Position numbers and translations under genes: made by a program. This document shows, in pieces, positions 42,848 to 55,130 of a stretch of 64,000 nt of DNA (the stretch's first letter is position 1; each line of letters starts with the position of its first letter). The notes under the pieces are model-generated. The model searched no databases. It saw nothing but the letters and a program-made list of their open reading frames with translations, and was not told the DNA's origin. The DNA lies in assembly GCF_009914755.1 (NCBI RefSeq), contig NC_060932.1. One strand, given 5' to 3'. The stretch comes from the human T2T-CHM13v2.0 reference genome, Homo sapiens.

Positions 42848-44660
42848 TATGATGATAGCTGGTTATTTTGCTTGTTGGTTGATGCAGTTTCTTCCTAGCC
42901 TCGATGGTCTTTACAATTTGGCATGTTGTTGCAGTGGCTGGTACTGGTTGTTCCTTTCCACATTTATTGCTTCCTTCAGGAGCTCTTGTAATGCAGGCCT
43001 GGTGGTGACAAAATCTCTCAGTATTTGCTTGTAAAAAAAAAAAAAAAGAATCAAGGACTTCCACCTTTGCATGGGTAATAAGTTACCACTCTCCCCTCAG
43101 TGTCACTGGGTCCTATGTGGGAAGCCTGTCCCTCCCCTCTTCTACTGGGATGATGTCAGGGGAGGCCTAGTTGAGAGTCAGAATTTTACCATTACCCATT
43201 AGTAATGAGGCCAGCCCCACCACTCTAATGCCAGTGATACTCACATGAGGAGTTTAACAAGGATCTACTACTTCTCTCAACAGGAAGGTATCTGTGAAAG
43301 ACTATTGAGAAGTAGATACTTCCATCCCCATTCAATAGTATCTAAATCCCCCTTCTGGTGTGTTAATGAAGGAAAAGTGAGAAAACTGGACATTAGCCTC
43401 TATCTGGCAGAGATGAGGCAACAATACCCTTCTCCTGTTACAGCAGTGTCAGAGATAGGCAGGTATAAAAATTTTTAATATGATTGAGAGGTTCATAACA
43501 TAATAACCAAAACGTATAAATTTGTAATGAAAATTATTTATTGTACTAATAACCAGTGTGATCTCAAATTGAATGAAAAAAAAACTCAATGGATTCCAAT
43601 TGATTAATGACAGACATGTTACAGTATCTGACAATATTTGACAAAGATTTCAAAGCAACCATCATATAAAAAAATCACAATGTGCAGCTACGGACATTCC
43701 TGAGAAAAACAGAAACTTCCAAAAATAAGACCATAAGTCTCAGAAAATGCATAAAACATTTATAGAAAAATAAATGTACATTTTTAACTGCATACATACG
43801 ATAACTGGAATGTTGAAAACTCAATGGATGGACCGAAAAGCAGAATGGAAAACACAGAGGAAATAATTAGTGAACTTAAAGATAGACTAGAAACTAATCT
43901 GAAAAACAGAGAAATAGATTGGGAAGGGGCTAGTAATAAACAGAGCCTCAAGAACTGTGGGATTCTTAAAAAATACCTAACATGTACCACTCACGTCATA
44001 ACATGCATGGAAGGAAAGAGAAAGAAGGCAAGGCTAAAGAGCATTTGAAAACAGAATGGTAAAACTTTCCAAATTTAACAAAAGACAAGCCAATGGAATC
44101 AAGAAACTGAGTGAACCCCAAACAAGATAACCCCAAAGAAAATCACACTTCATCTTAATCAACCTCCAGAAAACTACAAACAAAGGAAAGTCCTGAAAGC
44201 AGCAACAGAGGAATGACACTTTACCTACAGGGAAAAGCTATTTGAATGACAGCAAGTTTCTTGTCAGAAACCATGGGGGCCAGAGGGAAGTGTCACAGTA
44301 TTTTTCAAGTGCTGAGTAAAAAGGAATTGTCAACTCAGAATGCTGTATCTAATATAAAAGTTTTCTGAGAAAAATGGAGAAATCAAGACATTCTCAGATG
44401 AATGAAAACTAAGAAACATGTTGTCCATATAACTATTCTAAATAGCTAAAGAAAGGTCTCCAAATAGAAAGGGAAGAGTAGAAGGAATCTTAAAACACCA
44501 CACACAAAAAAGAAATAACAAAATAATAGTAAAAAATAGTTAGATTTAACCCATGTTTTCTCTCTTGTTTCTAAAGAAAATTTCTCCCTCCTCTTTCTAA
44601 ATTATGTTTGACTTAGGAAGCAAGAAAGTAAAATACTGTCTGATGTATTCTAAATGTATG

Positions 44661-45295
44661 TTCCAATGGTTGATTTTATGTGTCAACCTTCCTAGGTTGT
44701 GGGCCCAGTTCTTTGGTCAAACATTAATATAGATGTCACTGTGAAGGTGCTTTGTAGATATTATTAATACGTACAATCAGTTGACTTTAAGTAAAATAAA
44801 TTCCTCTTGATAATGTGGGTGGGCCTCATTCAATCAGTTCAAATTCTGCTTTAAGATTGAAATATGGAATTTTTTTTTTTTTTTTTTTTTTTTGAGATGG
44901 AGTCTCACTCTGTCGCCCAGGCTGGAGTGCCGTTGCAAGATCTCGGCTCACTGCAAGCTCCACCTCCTGGGTTCACGCCATTCTCTTGCGTCAGCCTCTC
45001 GAGTAGCTGGGACTACAGGCTCCCGCCACAAGGCCCGGCTAATTTTTTTGTATTTCTAGTAGAGACGGGTTTTCACCATGTTAGCCAGGATGGTCTCAAT
45101 CTCCTGACCTCCTGATCCGCCTGCTTCTGCCTCCCAAGAAACATGGAAATCTTAACTGAGTTTACAGTATGCTAGTCTGCCCTACAAATTTCAGACTCAA
45201 ACCTACAATATAAACTCTAACTTAAGGTTACAGCCTACCAATCTGGTTTATACACCTTGGGAGGCTCTGAATCTCTGCAGAATACTGAATGATAC
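44661..45295 (+). mobile_element. MLT2C/D-like LTR, split by AluY
   Basis: atggttgattttatgtgtcaac...caatcagttgactttaagtaaa...tctctgcagaatactgaatgataca. Confidence 0.8.
44870..45137 (-). mobile_element. AluY, 5'-truncated by ~35 nt
   Basis: Ends at gcctcccaa; TSD gaaa(t/c)atggaa at 44859-44869 and 45138-45148. Confidence 0.92.
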
Positions 45296-46442
45296 ATACG
45301 CAGATAAAATATTTAATACGAATATATTAAAATTATGAAGTATAAAATAATATAGAGGAAGATAGATTTTTATACTTCACTTGAAGCAGTGAAATTACAC
45401 TACCAGTATGCTGATATAAGTTATACATAGATATAATGTAATACATAGGAATACCAGTAAGAAACATATGAAATAAATAAATGAAAACAACTGTGTATAA
45501 ATTTTTAAAAATCTTTACGTAATACAAGGAGGCAGAAAAAGAAAAAAAAAAGACACATAAACACAAAAAAACAGAGAGAACAAACCAGAAAAAAAAAATG
45601 TCAGCCTCAAACCCCATCCTATCAAATATTATATCAAATGTAAATGGTCTTAAGAGATTAATGTAAGGACAGATATTGGCACATTGTATGAGAAAAATGT
45701 GACCCAACCATATGTTTATAATAAAGTCACTTCATATATTAAAATATAAATAGATTTAAAATAAAAGTGTCAGTCTTTAAGGATTTCTAGGTACAAGATC
45801 GTATCATCAGTACACCGAGAAAACTTGGCTTTTTTATTTCCAATTTAGATGTGTTTTATTTTTCCTCATTGCTCTAGGACTTCAGTAAAATTTCAGGATA
45901 CAAAATCAATGAGCAAAAATCAGTAGTAGTTCTATACACCAATAAAAATCAAGCTGAGAACCACATCAAAAACTCATTCTTATTTGCAGTAGCAAACAAA
46001 CAAACAAACAAACAAACAAACAAAACACCTAGAAATATACTTCACTAATGAGGTGAAATATCTCTTGAAGAAGAATTACAAAACACTGATTAAATAAATC
46101 ACGGATGACACATATGGAAAAACATTCCTATGATCATGGATCAGAAGAATCAGTATTGTTAAAATGACCATACTTCCTAAAGCAAGCTATAGATTCAGTG
46201 CAATTTCCATGGAAATAGAAATGCCATTCATCATATAATATATTTAAAAATCCCAAAATTCATATGGAACCTAAAAAGAGCTCAAATAGCTGAAGCAATA
46301 TTAAGCAAAGATAATAAAGCTGGAGGTATCGCATTACCTGCCTTCAAATTATACTGCAAGGCTATAATAATAAAAACAACAAAGCATTGGCATAAAAAAT
46401 AGACACATAGATCAATGGAACAGATTAAAGAACCCAGAGATA

Positions 46443-46757
46443 GGCCAGGCATGGTGGCTTATGCCTATAATCCCAGCACTTTGGGAGGCCGAGGCAGGTG
46501 GATCACGAGGTCAGGAGTTCGAGACCCGTTGGGCCAACATAGTGACACCCCATCTCTACTAACAATACAAAAAGTTAGCTGGGCGTGGTGGTGTGCACCT
46601 GTAATCCCACCTACTCAGGAGGCTGGGGCAGGAGAATCATGTGAATCTGGGAGGTGGACGTTTCAGTGGGCAGAGGTCGCTCCATTGTACTCCAGCCTGG
46701 GCAACAGTGCGAAACTACTTCTCAAAACAAAAACAAAACAAAACAAAACAAAAAAAA
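46443..46757 (+). mobile_element. AluSg-like
   Basis: gatcacgaggtcaggagttcgagacc; (CAAAA)n tail; degenerate TSD ...caga(g/a)ata. Confidence 0.92.
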
Positions 46758-46981
46758 CAGAAATAAAGCCAAATGTGGACAGCTAAGGGATCTTTGTCAA
46801 AGTCAACAAAAATATGCACTGGGAAAAAGACACCCTATTCAATAAATGGTGTTGGAAAAATTGGAAAGCCATATGCAGAAGAATGAAACTGGACCCCTAT
46901 CTCTTACCATATACAAAAAATGAACTCAAGATGGAGTAAATACTTAAACGTAAGACCTGAAACTATAAAATCCCTAGAAGA

Positions 46982-47292
46982 GGTAGGGCGTGGCGGCTCA
47001 TGCCTGTAATTCCAGCACTTTGGGAGGCCGAGGTGGGCAGATCAGGAGGTCAAGAGACTGAGACCATCCTGATCAACATGGTGAAATGCCATCTCTACTA
47101 AAAATACAAAAATTATCTGAGCGTGGTGGCACGCACCTGTAGTCCCAGCTACTCGGTAGGCTAAGGCAGGAGAATTGCTTGAACCTGGGAATTAGAGGTT
47201 GCAGTGAGTCTAGATAGTGCCACAGCCTGGCGCTACCTATCCAGCCTGGTGACAGAGGGAGACTCTGTCTAAAAAAAAGAAAAAAAAAAAAA
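46982..47292 (+). mobile_element. AluSc-like
   Basis: gaggtcaagagactgagaccatcctg and ccagcctggtgacag Sc diagnostics; TSD aaa(t/a)ccctagaaga. Confidence 0.9.
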
Positions 47293-47544
47293 AACCCTAG
47301 AAGAAAACGTAGCAAAAGAAACAGCCAACTGTATAATCAAACAACCTAAAGAATGGGTTAAAATCGTTGCCAACTATGCATCTGTCAAAGAGTTAATATA
47401 CAAAATCTGCAAGAAAAACAACAAGGAAACAACAACCCTATTAAAAAGTGGGCAAAGGACATTAATAAAACATTTTGGAAAGAAGACATGCAAGTGCCCA
47501 ACAAACATATACAACATTGCTTAATATTAATAATCATCAGAAGA

Positions 47545-47945
47545 CCCTGTTCAGAGGATGAAGAAATAAGCTCCAAACCACATATTCAAAAAAGCACTAT
47601 ATCTAGAATATATTTAAAAAGCTCTCAAAACTCAACTGTAAAAGAGCAAACAATCTAATGCGAAAAATAGGAGAAGACATGAAGAGCCATTTCACAAGAG
47701 AATACACAGATGGCAAATAAGCACATGAAAAGATGTTCAATGTCATTAGCCATTAGGGAAATGCTGGTTTAAAGCACAGTGAGATTTCACTATACACCTA
47801 TCAGAATAGCTAAAATAAAACACAGTGACAACACCAAATATGGTTGAGGATGCAGGGAAACTAGTTTACTCATATATTGCCAGTGGAAATGCAAAATGAC
47901 ACAACCCACTCCGGAAAAATGGTTTTGCAGTTTCTTTAAAAACAA
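47545..47945 (+). mobile_element. L1MC/L1MD ORF2 3' fragment
   Basis: acagatggcaaataagcacatgaaaagatgttcaatgtcattagccattagggaaatgc. Confidence 0.75.
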
Positions 47946-47955
47946 AATAGCAACA

Positions 47956-48076
47956 GCAGACTTCAAGTTCTTCAGCTTTGGGACTCAGACTGGCTTCCTT
48001 GCTCCTCAGCTTGCAGATGGCCTATTGTGCAACCTTGTGATCATGTGAGTTAATACTCCTTAATAAGCTCCCCTTT

Positions 48077-48133
<57 letters not shown>

Positions 48134-48245
48134 AAGATAGATATTTAATAAAATATATATATTATATATAACTAATAGGACATATATATGTATATGTATA
48201 TATATCCTATTAGTTCTGTCCCTCTAGATGACCCTAACTAATACA
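47956..48245 (+). mobile_element. MLT2A1-like (HERV-L) LTR, 3' half only
   Basis: caagttcttcagctttgggactcagactggcttccttgctcctcagcttgcagatggcctattgtg...tcctattagttctgtccctctag...actaataca. Confidence 0.9.
48077..48140. repeat. (ATAG)14 AAAG ATAG tetranucleotide STR
   Basis: Counted directly, 48077-48132. Confidence 0.97.
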
Positions 48246-48249
48246 GGTA

Positions 48250-49850
48250 CCATATCATTTCCCAATGTATCCCCCTCAGCTCACAGGTATGACCACCTAT
48301 GTGTGTGAGGAACATATTTTTGACTAGTGATTGTTGGATAAAAATCTAACCCTGTTTCATGAATTTAACTTTATGTGTGGTACAAGTTGATACTGGGCAG
48401 CTATGCACTACAACTCTACTTATGGAGATGGAATTCTCATAATTGGTACAAGTTTGGTAAGAGCACATCATCATCACTTTATATTTAAAAGCAAACAGCC
48501 TAATGTAAATAGGCATATCAACTATTGAGCAGTGATAGTTTAGATGGTTGCTCAGGGATCTTTAAGAAAAAGTTTAGATTATAAGGTATAGGTAATATGA
48601 AAAAAAAGAATATGGCTAGACCAATGAGAATGAATACAAAGTGTGAATATCTTTTTGTCACGTTAATAACCATCAGAGAGCATCCACTATGTGAGTAAAG
48701 ATAATCAAGTAAACACAGCGATGTGGCCTTTCAACATCAACCAGTCTTAGTCATTAACCATCCTAGTACTGACATAATTGAATAGCTGTGGTAGTAGGGG
48801 TAGAGGCTGTTAATGGAATAAATAATCATGGGCCCTCAATTACCAAATGTTATCTGTATACTTTCACTACTGAAGATCCAAACTACAATCACAGAGATCC
48901 ACACTTTAATAGAAAGCAACCCCTAAAGGGAACAATCAGTCACTTGGTGACTAATTTAATACATTGAATTTTTTTTTTATTTTAGAAGAGAAAGTGATTC
49001 TTTCTGATGGGAATTGGCACATATTCCAAGTATGGGTTTGTCTTTTCTGCCAGCAAGGTCTCAGGAAACACCACTATTCACATTTTTAAAGAGTGTTTGA
49101 TCCATTGACAAGGACTCTCTTGGGTAAGATTACTTCAGACAAAGGGAACTATTTCATAGCAAAGGAGCTGTGTCTGAATGTACGTGGCCAGGAGAATGCA
49201 CACATCTCTTTACATATTCTACCCTCCAGACCATCCAGACAACTGCTTTCCTGATAATGTGATGAAACAGCCTAATGAAAGTGGAGTTGGGACTTCAGCT
49301 TGGTGATGATATTCTGTAAGGATGGGTGCCCTTCCCTGTGATACAAGATTCATCCCAAAACAGTGATTGGTAAATAGTGCTGTGTCTCCAGTAGATAGAA
49401 TAAATGGGTTTGAGAACCAAAGTGTAGAAGTAGGAGTCTCCTTTTATGGGCATTGTCGGTGATCCACGTGCAATTGTGCTTTCTGTTCTCTCAACTCTGG
49501 GCTCTGTGCAGTTAAAGGTACTGGTTTTCAGACAAGGAAGATCACATCAGTCAACATAGTGAATATCCCATTAAATTTTATATGCCAAAGTTTCTTTGTG
49601 TTCTTTTTGCCAAAAGGCCACTGAGAAAAGAAACGTGTCAATGACTCTGATCATCAGAAGGAGGCAGGACATCTTTTATGCAGCAAGAGCAGAGTCAAAT
49701 AAATTTAACATTCAGGTGACTAGCCCAGGACATGTCCTGGTACTTCTCTACTCAACATGAGAGTGGAGGGATACTGTAGGATAGAAATCACCACCTGAGA
49801 AGTGTATGGTAACTAGGAGCTCAGAGCCCTCAAAAATCTCAGACTATATG
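48250..49850 (+). mobile_element. Degenerate ERVL internal region (ERVL-E-like pol: RNase H and integrase)
   Basis: caaagtgtgaatatctttttgtcacgttaataaccatcagagagcatccact (VKIFVSHVNAHQ-like) and cacttggtgactaatttaatacattg (WWQVDYIG-like); no open frame. Confidence 0.7.
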
Positions 49851-50054
49851 GAAAAAAAAGTACCATATTTCCTTGTTTTCCCTATAAAAGATCAAGTAGG
49901 AAATCAGACGTGGAATCAAGAAAGAATGGAATAGGCTGGTCAGTTCTATTTCTAGTCTAGGCAACATGAGTTATTGCAATATAGACATGGTAACTTAGTT
50001 AACCTAGAATTTAGGATTCTTACTCAAAAAAATTCACTTGTATCCTGTGTTTCA

Positions 50055-50508
50055 CCAGTTTCATGGAAGACAATTTTTCCACAGAAAGGGGTTTGCGGGA
50101 TGGTTTTGGGATGATTTAAGCACATTACTTTTATTGTGCACTTTATTTCTATTATTATTACATTGTAATACATAATGAAATAATTATAAAACTCACCATA
50201 ATGTAAAATCAGTGGGAGTCTTGAGCTTGTTTTCCTGCAAGTAGACAGTCCCATCTGAGACTTACGGGAGACAGTGACAAATCCTCAGGCATTAGGTTCT
50301 CATAAGGAACATGCAGCCTGGATCCCTCACACGTGCAGTTCACAACAGGGTTCAGGTTACTGTGAGAATTTAATGCTGACACTAATTTGAAAGGCAGTAG
50401 AGCTCAGGCGGTAATGCTCACTCACCCACCGCTCACCTGCTTTGTGGCCTGGTCCCTAACAGGCCATAGGCAGGTGCCAGTATATGGCCTGGGGGTTGGG
50501 GACCCCTT
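50055..50508 (+). mobile_element. MER1A (hAT-Charlie), left TIR lost
   Basis: ccagtttcatggaagacaatttttccac...gagctcaggcggtaatgctc...ggggttggggacccct TIR. Confidence 0.9.
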
Positions 50509-51970
50509 CTCTAGAAGATTTATAGTTTTAGGTTTCATAATAGATGAATCAACCATTGTGAGTTAATTTTTGTATATGATTTGAGCTATGGGACCAAGTT
50601 CATTTATTTATTTTTGCATACTGATATCCAATTTCCAGCACCATTTGTTAAAAATATTATGCTTTCGCCCTTCTGTTGCCTTCGCAGTTTTGTCAAAACT
50701 CAACTTTTTAATCTATCCTTAATTTTATTTTTGGAATCTTCAGTCTATTCCATTCAACTGCTTGTCTGTCTTTATCTACTGCCATGCTATTTTTGATTAT
50801 TGTAGCTTTATGCTAATTATTAAAATTAGGTAGTGTTAGCCTTCCAAATACGTATTATTTTTCAATGTTGTTTTGGCCATTCTGTTTTAGAATCAGCTTG
50901 TCAGTGTCAACAACAATAATAACAAATTCCCGCTGAAATTATGATTGGGATTGTTTTGAACCTGTAGATCAATTTATCAATAATTATCATCTCAACAATA
51001 TTGACTTTCCAAACAATAAAAAGCTATCCCTTTATTCATTTAGATTTTCTTTAAATTATCCCAATAATATTTTGTATTTTAAGTACAGAAGTCTTTTATC
51101 AATTATCTCACATTTTCCCCTGGGTATTTCATGTGTTGATGCTATTGTAGGGGTCTTTTCTTTTATATTTCAATTTCCAATTGTTTGTTGCTCGCATATA
51201 AATATACTTGATTTTTCTATATTGACCTATGTCTTGCAACGTTGCCAAATACACTGATCCATTCTAGTAAATTCATTTTGTAAATTTCATCAGGCTCGCA
51301 ACATAGACAATTTTGTTGCATGCAAATGAAGTCAGTTTTACTTCTTCTCTTTCAATATGGATATTTGTGTATTTTTTTGTTCTTGCCTGATTGCATTGAC
51401 CATAACTCATATGGTTTGGCTGTGTCCCCACTAAAAATCTCACCTAGAATTTTTATTCTTATAAGCCCCACCTGTCAAGGGCAGGACCAGGTGGAGGTAA
51501 TCGAATCATTGGGGCTGTTTTCTCCTTGCTGCTCTCATAATAATGAGTGAGTCCTCATGAGATCTGATGGTTTCATAAGCATCTGGCATTTCCTCTGCTT
51601 GCACTCATTCCGTCCTGCCACCCTGTGAAGAAGGTGCCCGCTTCTCCTTTGCTTTCTACCATGATTATAAGTTTCCTGAGGCCTCCCCAGCAATGAAGAA
51701 CTGTGAGTCAATTAACTCTCTTTCCTTTGTAAATTACTCAGTCTCGGGTATTTCTTCATGGCAGTGTGAGAACAGACTAATACAATAACCTTCAGTACAA
51801 CATTAAATAAAAGTAGTGAAATAGAACACCCCTGCCTTGTTCCATGTATTAAGTTGAAAGCATCCTGTCTTTTTACCATTAAATGTGGTTACCTGTCAGT
51901 TTTCTATAGATTTTTAAAAATTAGGTAAAGTTCTTATCTTACTAAGCTAGTTATTAATATTTAAATAATG
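50509..51970 (-). mobile_element. Old L1M ORF2 fragment, split by THE1D
   Basis: gagttaatttttgtatatg...ttccagcaccatttgttaaaaa...gattgggattgttttgaacctgtagatcaattt. Confidence 0.8.
51407..51784 (+). mobile_element. THE1D-like solo LTR, complete
   Basis: tcatatggtttggctgtgtcccc...gcagtgtgagaacagactaataca; 5-bp TSD ataac on both sides. Confidence 0.93.
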
Positions 51971-52009
51971 AACTTATAAAGTGATAACCATGACCCATTG
52001 GATATTTTT

Positions 52010-52225
52010 TAAACTTTTTTTATCCATAGCAAAAGATGCACTTTACATTTTGACCCAGTATATACATATATATTTTATATTATCTAATTGAAATAAAAGT
52101 TCTGATTCAATTCATACTCTTTCTAAATGCCATGAACTATTTTTCCAAGTAAAAGAGTTATCTAAATAAAAGAGTTATCTACTTAATTGATTTTACAATG
52201 CAATTTGAAGGTTGAAAATCAGTGG
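52010..52225. mobile_element. hAT-Charlie-type fragment, same family as 8385-8600
   Basis: tttacattttgacccagta...aattgaaataaaagtt...cttaattgatttt...gttgaaaatcagtg. Confidence 0.45.
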
Positions 52226-52382
52226 TATATTCAAATAGACTTGATTATACTTGAAACTCTCTCATTATCTCCTTAGAACATTAAACCTCTTTAAGCATTG
52301 GATGGATAAAGTAATTTTTTAAAAAAATTAAAAAGCACAATCCTATTAAATTTTGAAAGTTGTGTTATTTTGCCATGATAGG

Positions 52383-52625
52383 GAAGCAATATGAGAAATA
52401 ATTAAAAGCATAGTCTCTGAAATCTGACTTATAGCCTATCTCTAAAATTTGTAGTTGTGACTTTTGGCAAAATAAAGAAAAGCTTTCTGAATTTCTTAAT
52501 CTACAAAATAATGATAGTAAGTACTTGCAACTTGAGTTTTGTGAGAGATAAATAGGTTAATACATGTAACGTGACTTAAAAAATTAATAGATAAGGAATT
52601 CTCAACAAATGTTAGATGTTACTTT
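52383..52625 (+). mobile_element. MIR
   Basis: aaagcatagtctctgaaatctgac...gttgtgacttttggcaa...tctcaacaaatgttag. Confidence 0.7.
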
Positions 52626-53344
52626 ATACTGTTAATTATTTTACTGGATATTGTCAGGGAAACTGAAAGAAGAGGAAGTCAATTTTGACATTGACCACAT
52701 TTTTCTCACCTTGACTCCCCACTTATACCTTTGTGCAATTTAAAGCAAAGGAAGTACTCCTCATTAAATAACACAGATTATCTGAGAAGAAATCTTTGTG
52801 TATTATGTCTCTAATTTGCCTTGTAATAAGGGTTGAATAAATTTAGATCTACCAAGTTAAAGGAGACAGTTAAAAAAATAGCAAGCTGTAGAAAAATGTA
52901 TTGCTAATTATGGTACTGCTTAATTTTTCTTTAGAAAATTGGGAACTGAACAAAATCAATGTTTCACAAATTACCAACTTTACGTATTTAAAGACATTAG
53001 TACAATGACAATTAATGGAGAATATTTAATAATATACAGATATAGGAATAATTATACAATTTTACCAATTTTAAAATAATATAAGATTTGAGTTTAACCT
53101 ATAATAAATCTGATGTTTCTTTTTTCTTTTTCCTTTTCCTCTATTTACATTTTACCAGTATTTCACATCTCACCTTGTTTTTTATCAATGTGTAATTATA
53201 AAGCCCTTCACTCAGTTGGTCTCCAGTTATAATTCATTAGAAACTTTTCTAAATAATGTTAGTACAGGAATGTTTCCTGATTGGAATTCATTATAATTTA
53301 ATTGTTAAAGATTTAAAATAAAAGGTTATATGAACAATGAAACG

Positions 53345-53510
53345 ATTATGAATAGGTCTTTGGAATTGAACTTAGTTTGTGTCTCACTTCTAACTTGTAT
53401 GTATTGAGTAAATTATTTAACTATAGTAACTTTGAATTTCTTCACCTCTACAATTAGTAAGTACTTAATTCATAGTTCTATGGTGAAGACTAAATGAGAT
53501 TGTGTATATG
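53345..53510 (+). mobile_element. MIR
   Basis: ggtctttggaatt...ttgagtaaattatttaac...tttcttcacct...gtgaagactaaatgagat. Confidence 0.6.
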
Positions 53511-53794
53511 TTGTGGACTTATCTACATCAATTTGGTAATGCACAACCATAGTGTATTAGTTAGCCTTTGTAGGTAACAGCAGCCACTGATATTTAAACC
53601 ACTTGCAAGGCATCTCCTTCCAAACTCACAGCTAGACTATATAGAAGGCATGTTTTTGACCACATAGCTCTGAAACACTCCATTCATTAAGCAAACATTT
53701 GGCCAGCAAGTAAAAAAAAACAATTCATGAAACTTACTCTATAGCCCAGTGAATTCCTATCTTTCTACTTTTTTTATGCCCCCGCCCTGCCCTC

Positions 53795-54231
53795 TGCAAA
53801 GGCAGGTGAACCCCCACCCAAGATTTAGTTTGGATGCTTAGACTGTTGATTAAACACACACACCACACACACACACACACACACACCCCAAGTGGATATG
53901 AGAAGGTTTATTACTTACATAATTGAGGTAAGTTTATTACTTACATAATTGAGATATCTGGGGAAAGCAGGGCAGGTCATAAATGGCTTGAGAAAGCAAA
54001 GGAGGAAGTCTGGCTTGGGTTTCTTATTGCGATTAGGGGATGAGGCAGAGATGAGAGCTTCTCTGTGCTGGAAAGGGCTCATGTCGTTTAACTCTCCTGC
54101 CAATGCCAAAGGAGTGACATCCAGGCTTTCTTATCAGTTTGTCTAGATTGTGTACACAAGAGGAAAGAAAGGGTGAGGCTTAGAATTGTCCTCAGTGAAA
54201 TATCCAAAACTGAAGTCATACTCCTCATTAT
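53795..54231 (-). mobile_element. ERVL-class solo LTR (MER54/MER74-like, subfamily uncertain) with a (CA)n tract
   Basis: aggtttattactt...tggcttgagaaag...ccaggctttcttatcag...gtgaggcttaga...gaagtcatactcctcatta. Confidence 0.6.
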
Positions 54232-54672
54232 GGTTTTATAAGTACTTTCAATGCATTTATATGAAAGTTTCGCCAAGATAAATGTGATAATATTCTATAT
54301 TCTGAGGGAAAGATTTAATTAACCTCCAAACCAATGCCTGGAATCAGGATTATTCAGAGGTCAATCTTCAGGTATTTTCCCTGAAGTTAGAAGGTACAGG
54401 AATGCTAGATAATTCCAGCTTATTTCCATCAGAGTTGAACTCATCTCTAAAGTATTTTAGCCAATTAGCATTTTGTCAATGAGAAATACTTCTAATATTC
54501 ATTTTTCTAATTGCTAGCGAGTCCCAAGACCTTTCTCAAATTTACCTTATTTCTGCTGATATCCAGCTGAGATTTTTGGAACACTTTAAAGGAGGCTTAT
54601 CATAATAGAAATGTAGTTTAACATAAAGATAACATATGATGCCACTCCTTGACTAGTTCTTGTCTACTATGT

Positions 54673-55130
54673 CAGTGATTCTCAGCTCTGTTAGAGTGAA
54701 TTCTTCTTTTGATAACAATTATTTTCTCATTTCTTTTTAACATAATTAAACTTCATAAATAATATAACATGGATACATATCTCTTCAAAAACATATCTAA
54801 AGGAAAACAAAAGAAAAATAGTTAAAGCTAGTAACCATAAGTAGAATCAGTTGCTACGATGTAGGTAACAATGATGCAGCTGCTACAGATGTAGACATGT
54901 TGTGCTAACAATTCAAGTATCATACCACAGCAGTGTCACCATTAGTGAATATGTACAAAGAAGGTACAATTTACCTCGATTTTCACAAAAGTCACATTAC
55001 AGGAAAAGCATGTGTGTATTAAATTTATCCCACACCACTTGGGTTTATATGGACAATAGAGTTAGATTCTGAACTCAGATAATTTAAGCAGGCTTTTAAT
55101 TTCAGTGAACATTTATCGGTACTGTGTGTA
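54673..55130 (+). mobile_element. MER20B-like hAT-Charlie element
   Basis: cagtgattctcagctctgttag TIR-like start; ttcataaataatataac; gtacaatttacctcgattt. Confidence 0.55.

Larger units (their letters stand above)
38534..43032 (-). mobile_element. L1PA4/PA5-like, 5'-truncated within ORF1 (~4.2 kb of L1 plus an AluY)
   Basis: ORF1 C-terminus (RDFVTTRPALQELLKEA...HAKL*), inter-ORF spacer, full-length ORF2 remnant, 3' UTR, short tail; no TSD found. Confidence 0.95.
43045..45768 (+). mobile_element. Old L1MD/L1MC-type 5' UTR, ORF1 and start of ORF2, interrupted by MLT2 and Alu
   Basis: Repeated gtcagg...ggcctag/gaaaactggac 5' units; ORF1 aactcaatggatgga...cagagcctcaagaactgtggg; EN start aaatgtaaatggtct. 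Confidence 0.75.
45770..47543 (+). mobile_element. L1PB/L1PA16-like ORF2 segment with a 5' inversion (45770-45885 on minus); carries two Alus; 3' end lost
   Basis: Antisense agtctttaaggatttctagg...taggacttcagta, then sense cttcagtaaaatttcaggatacaaaatcaatg. Confidence 0.8.
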
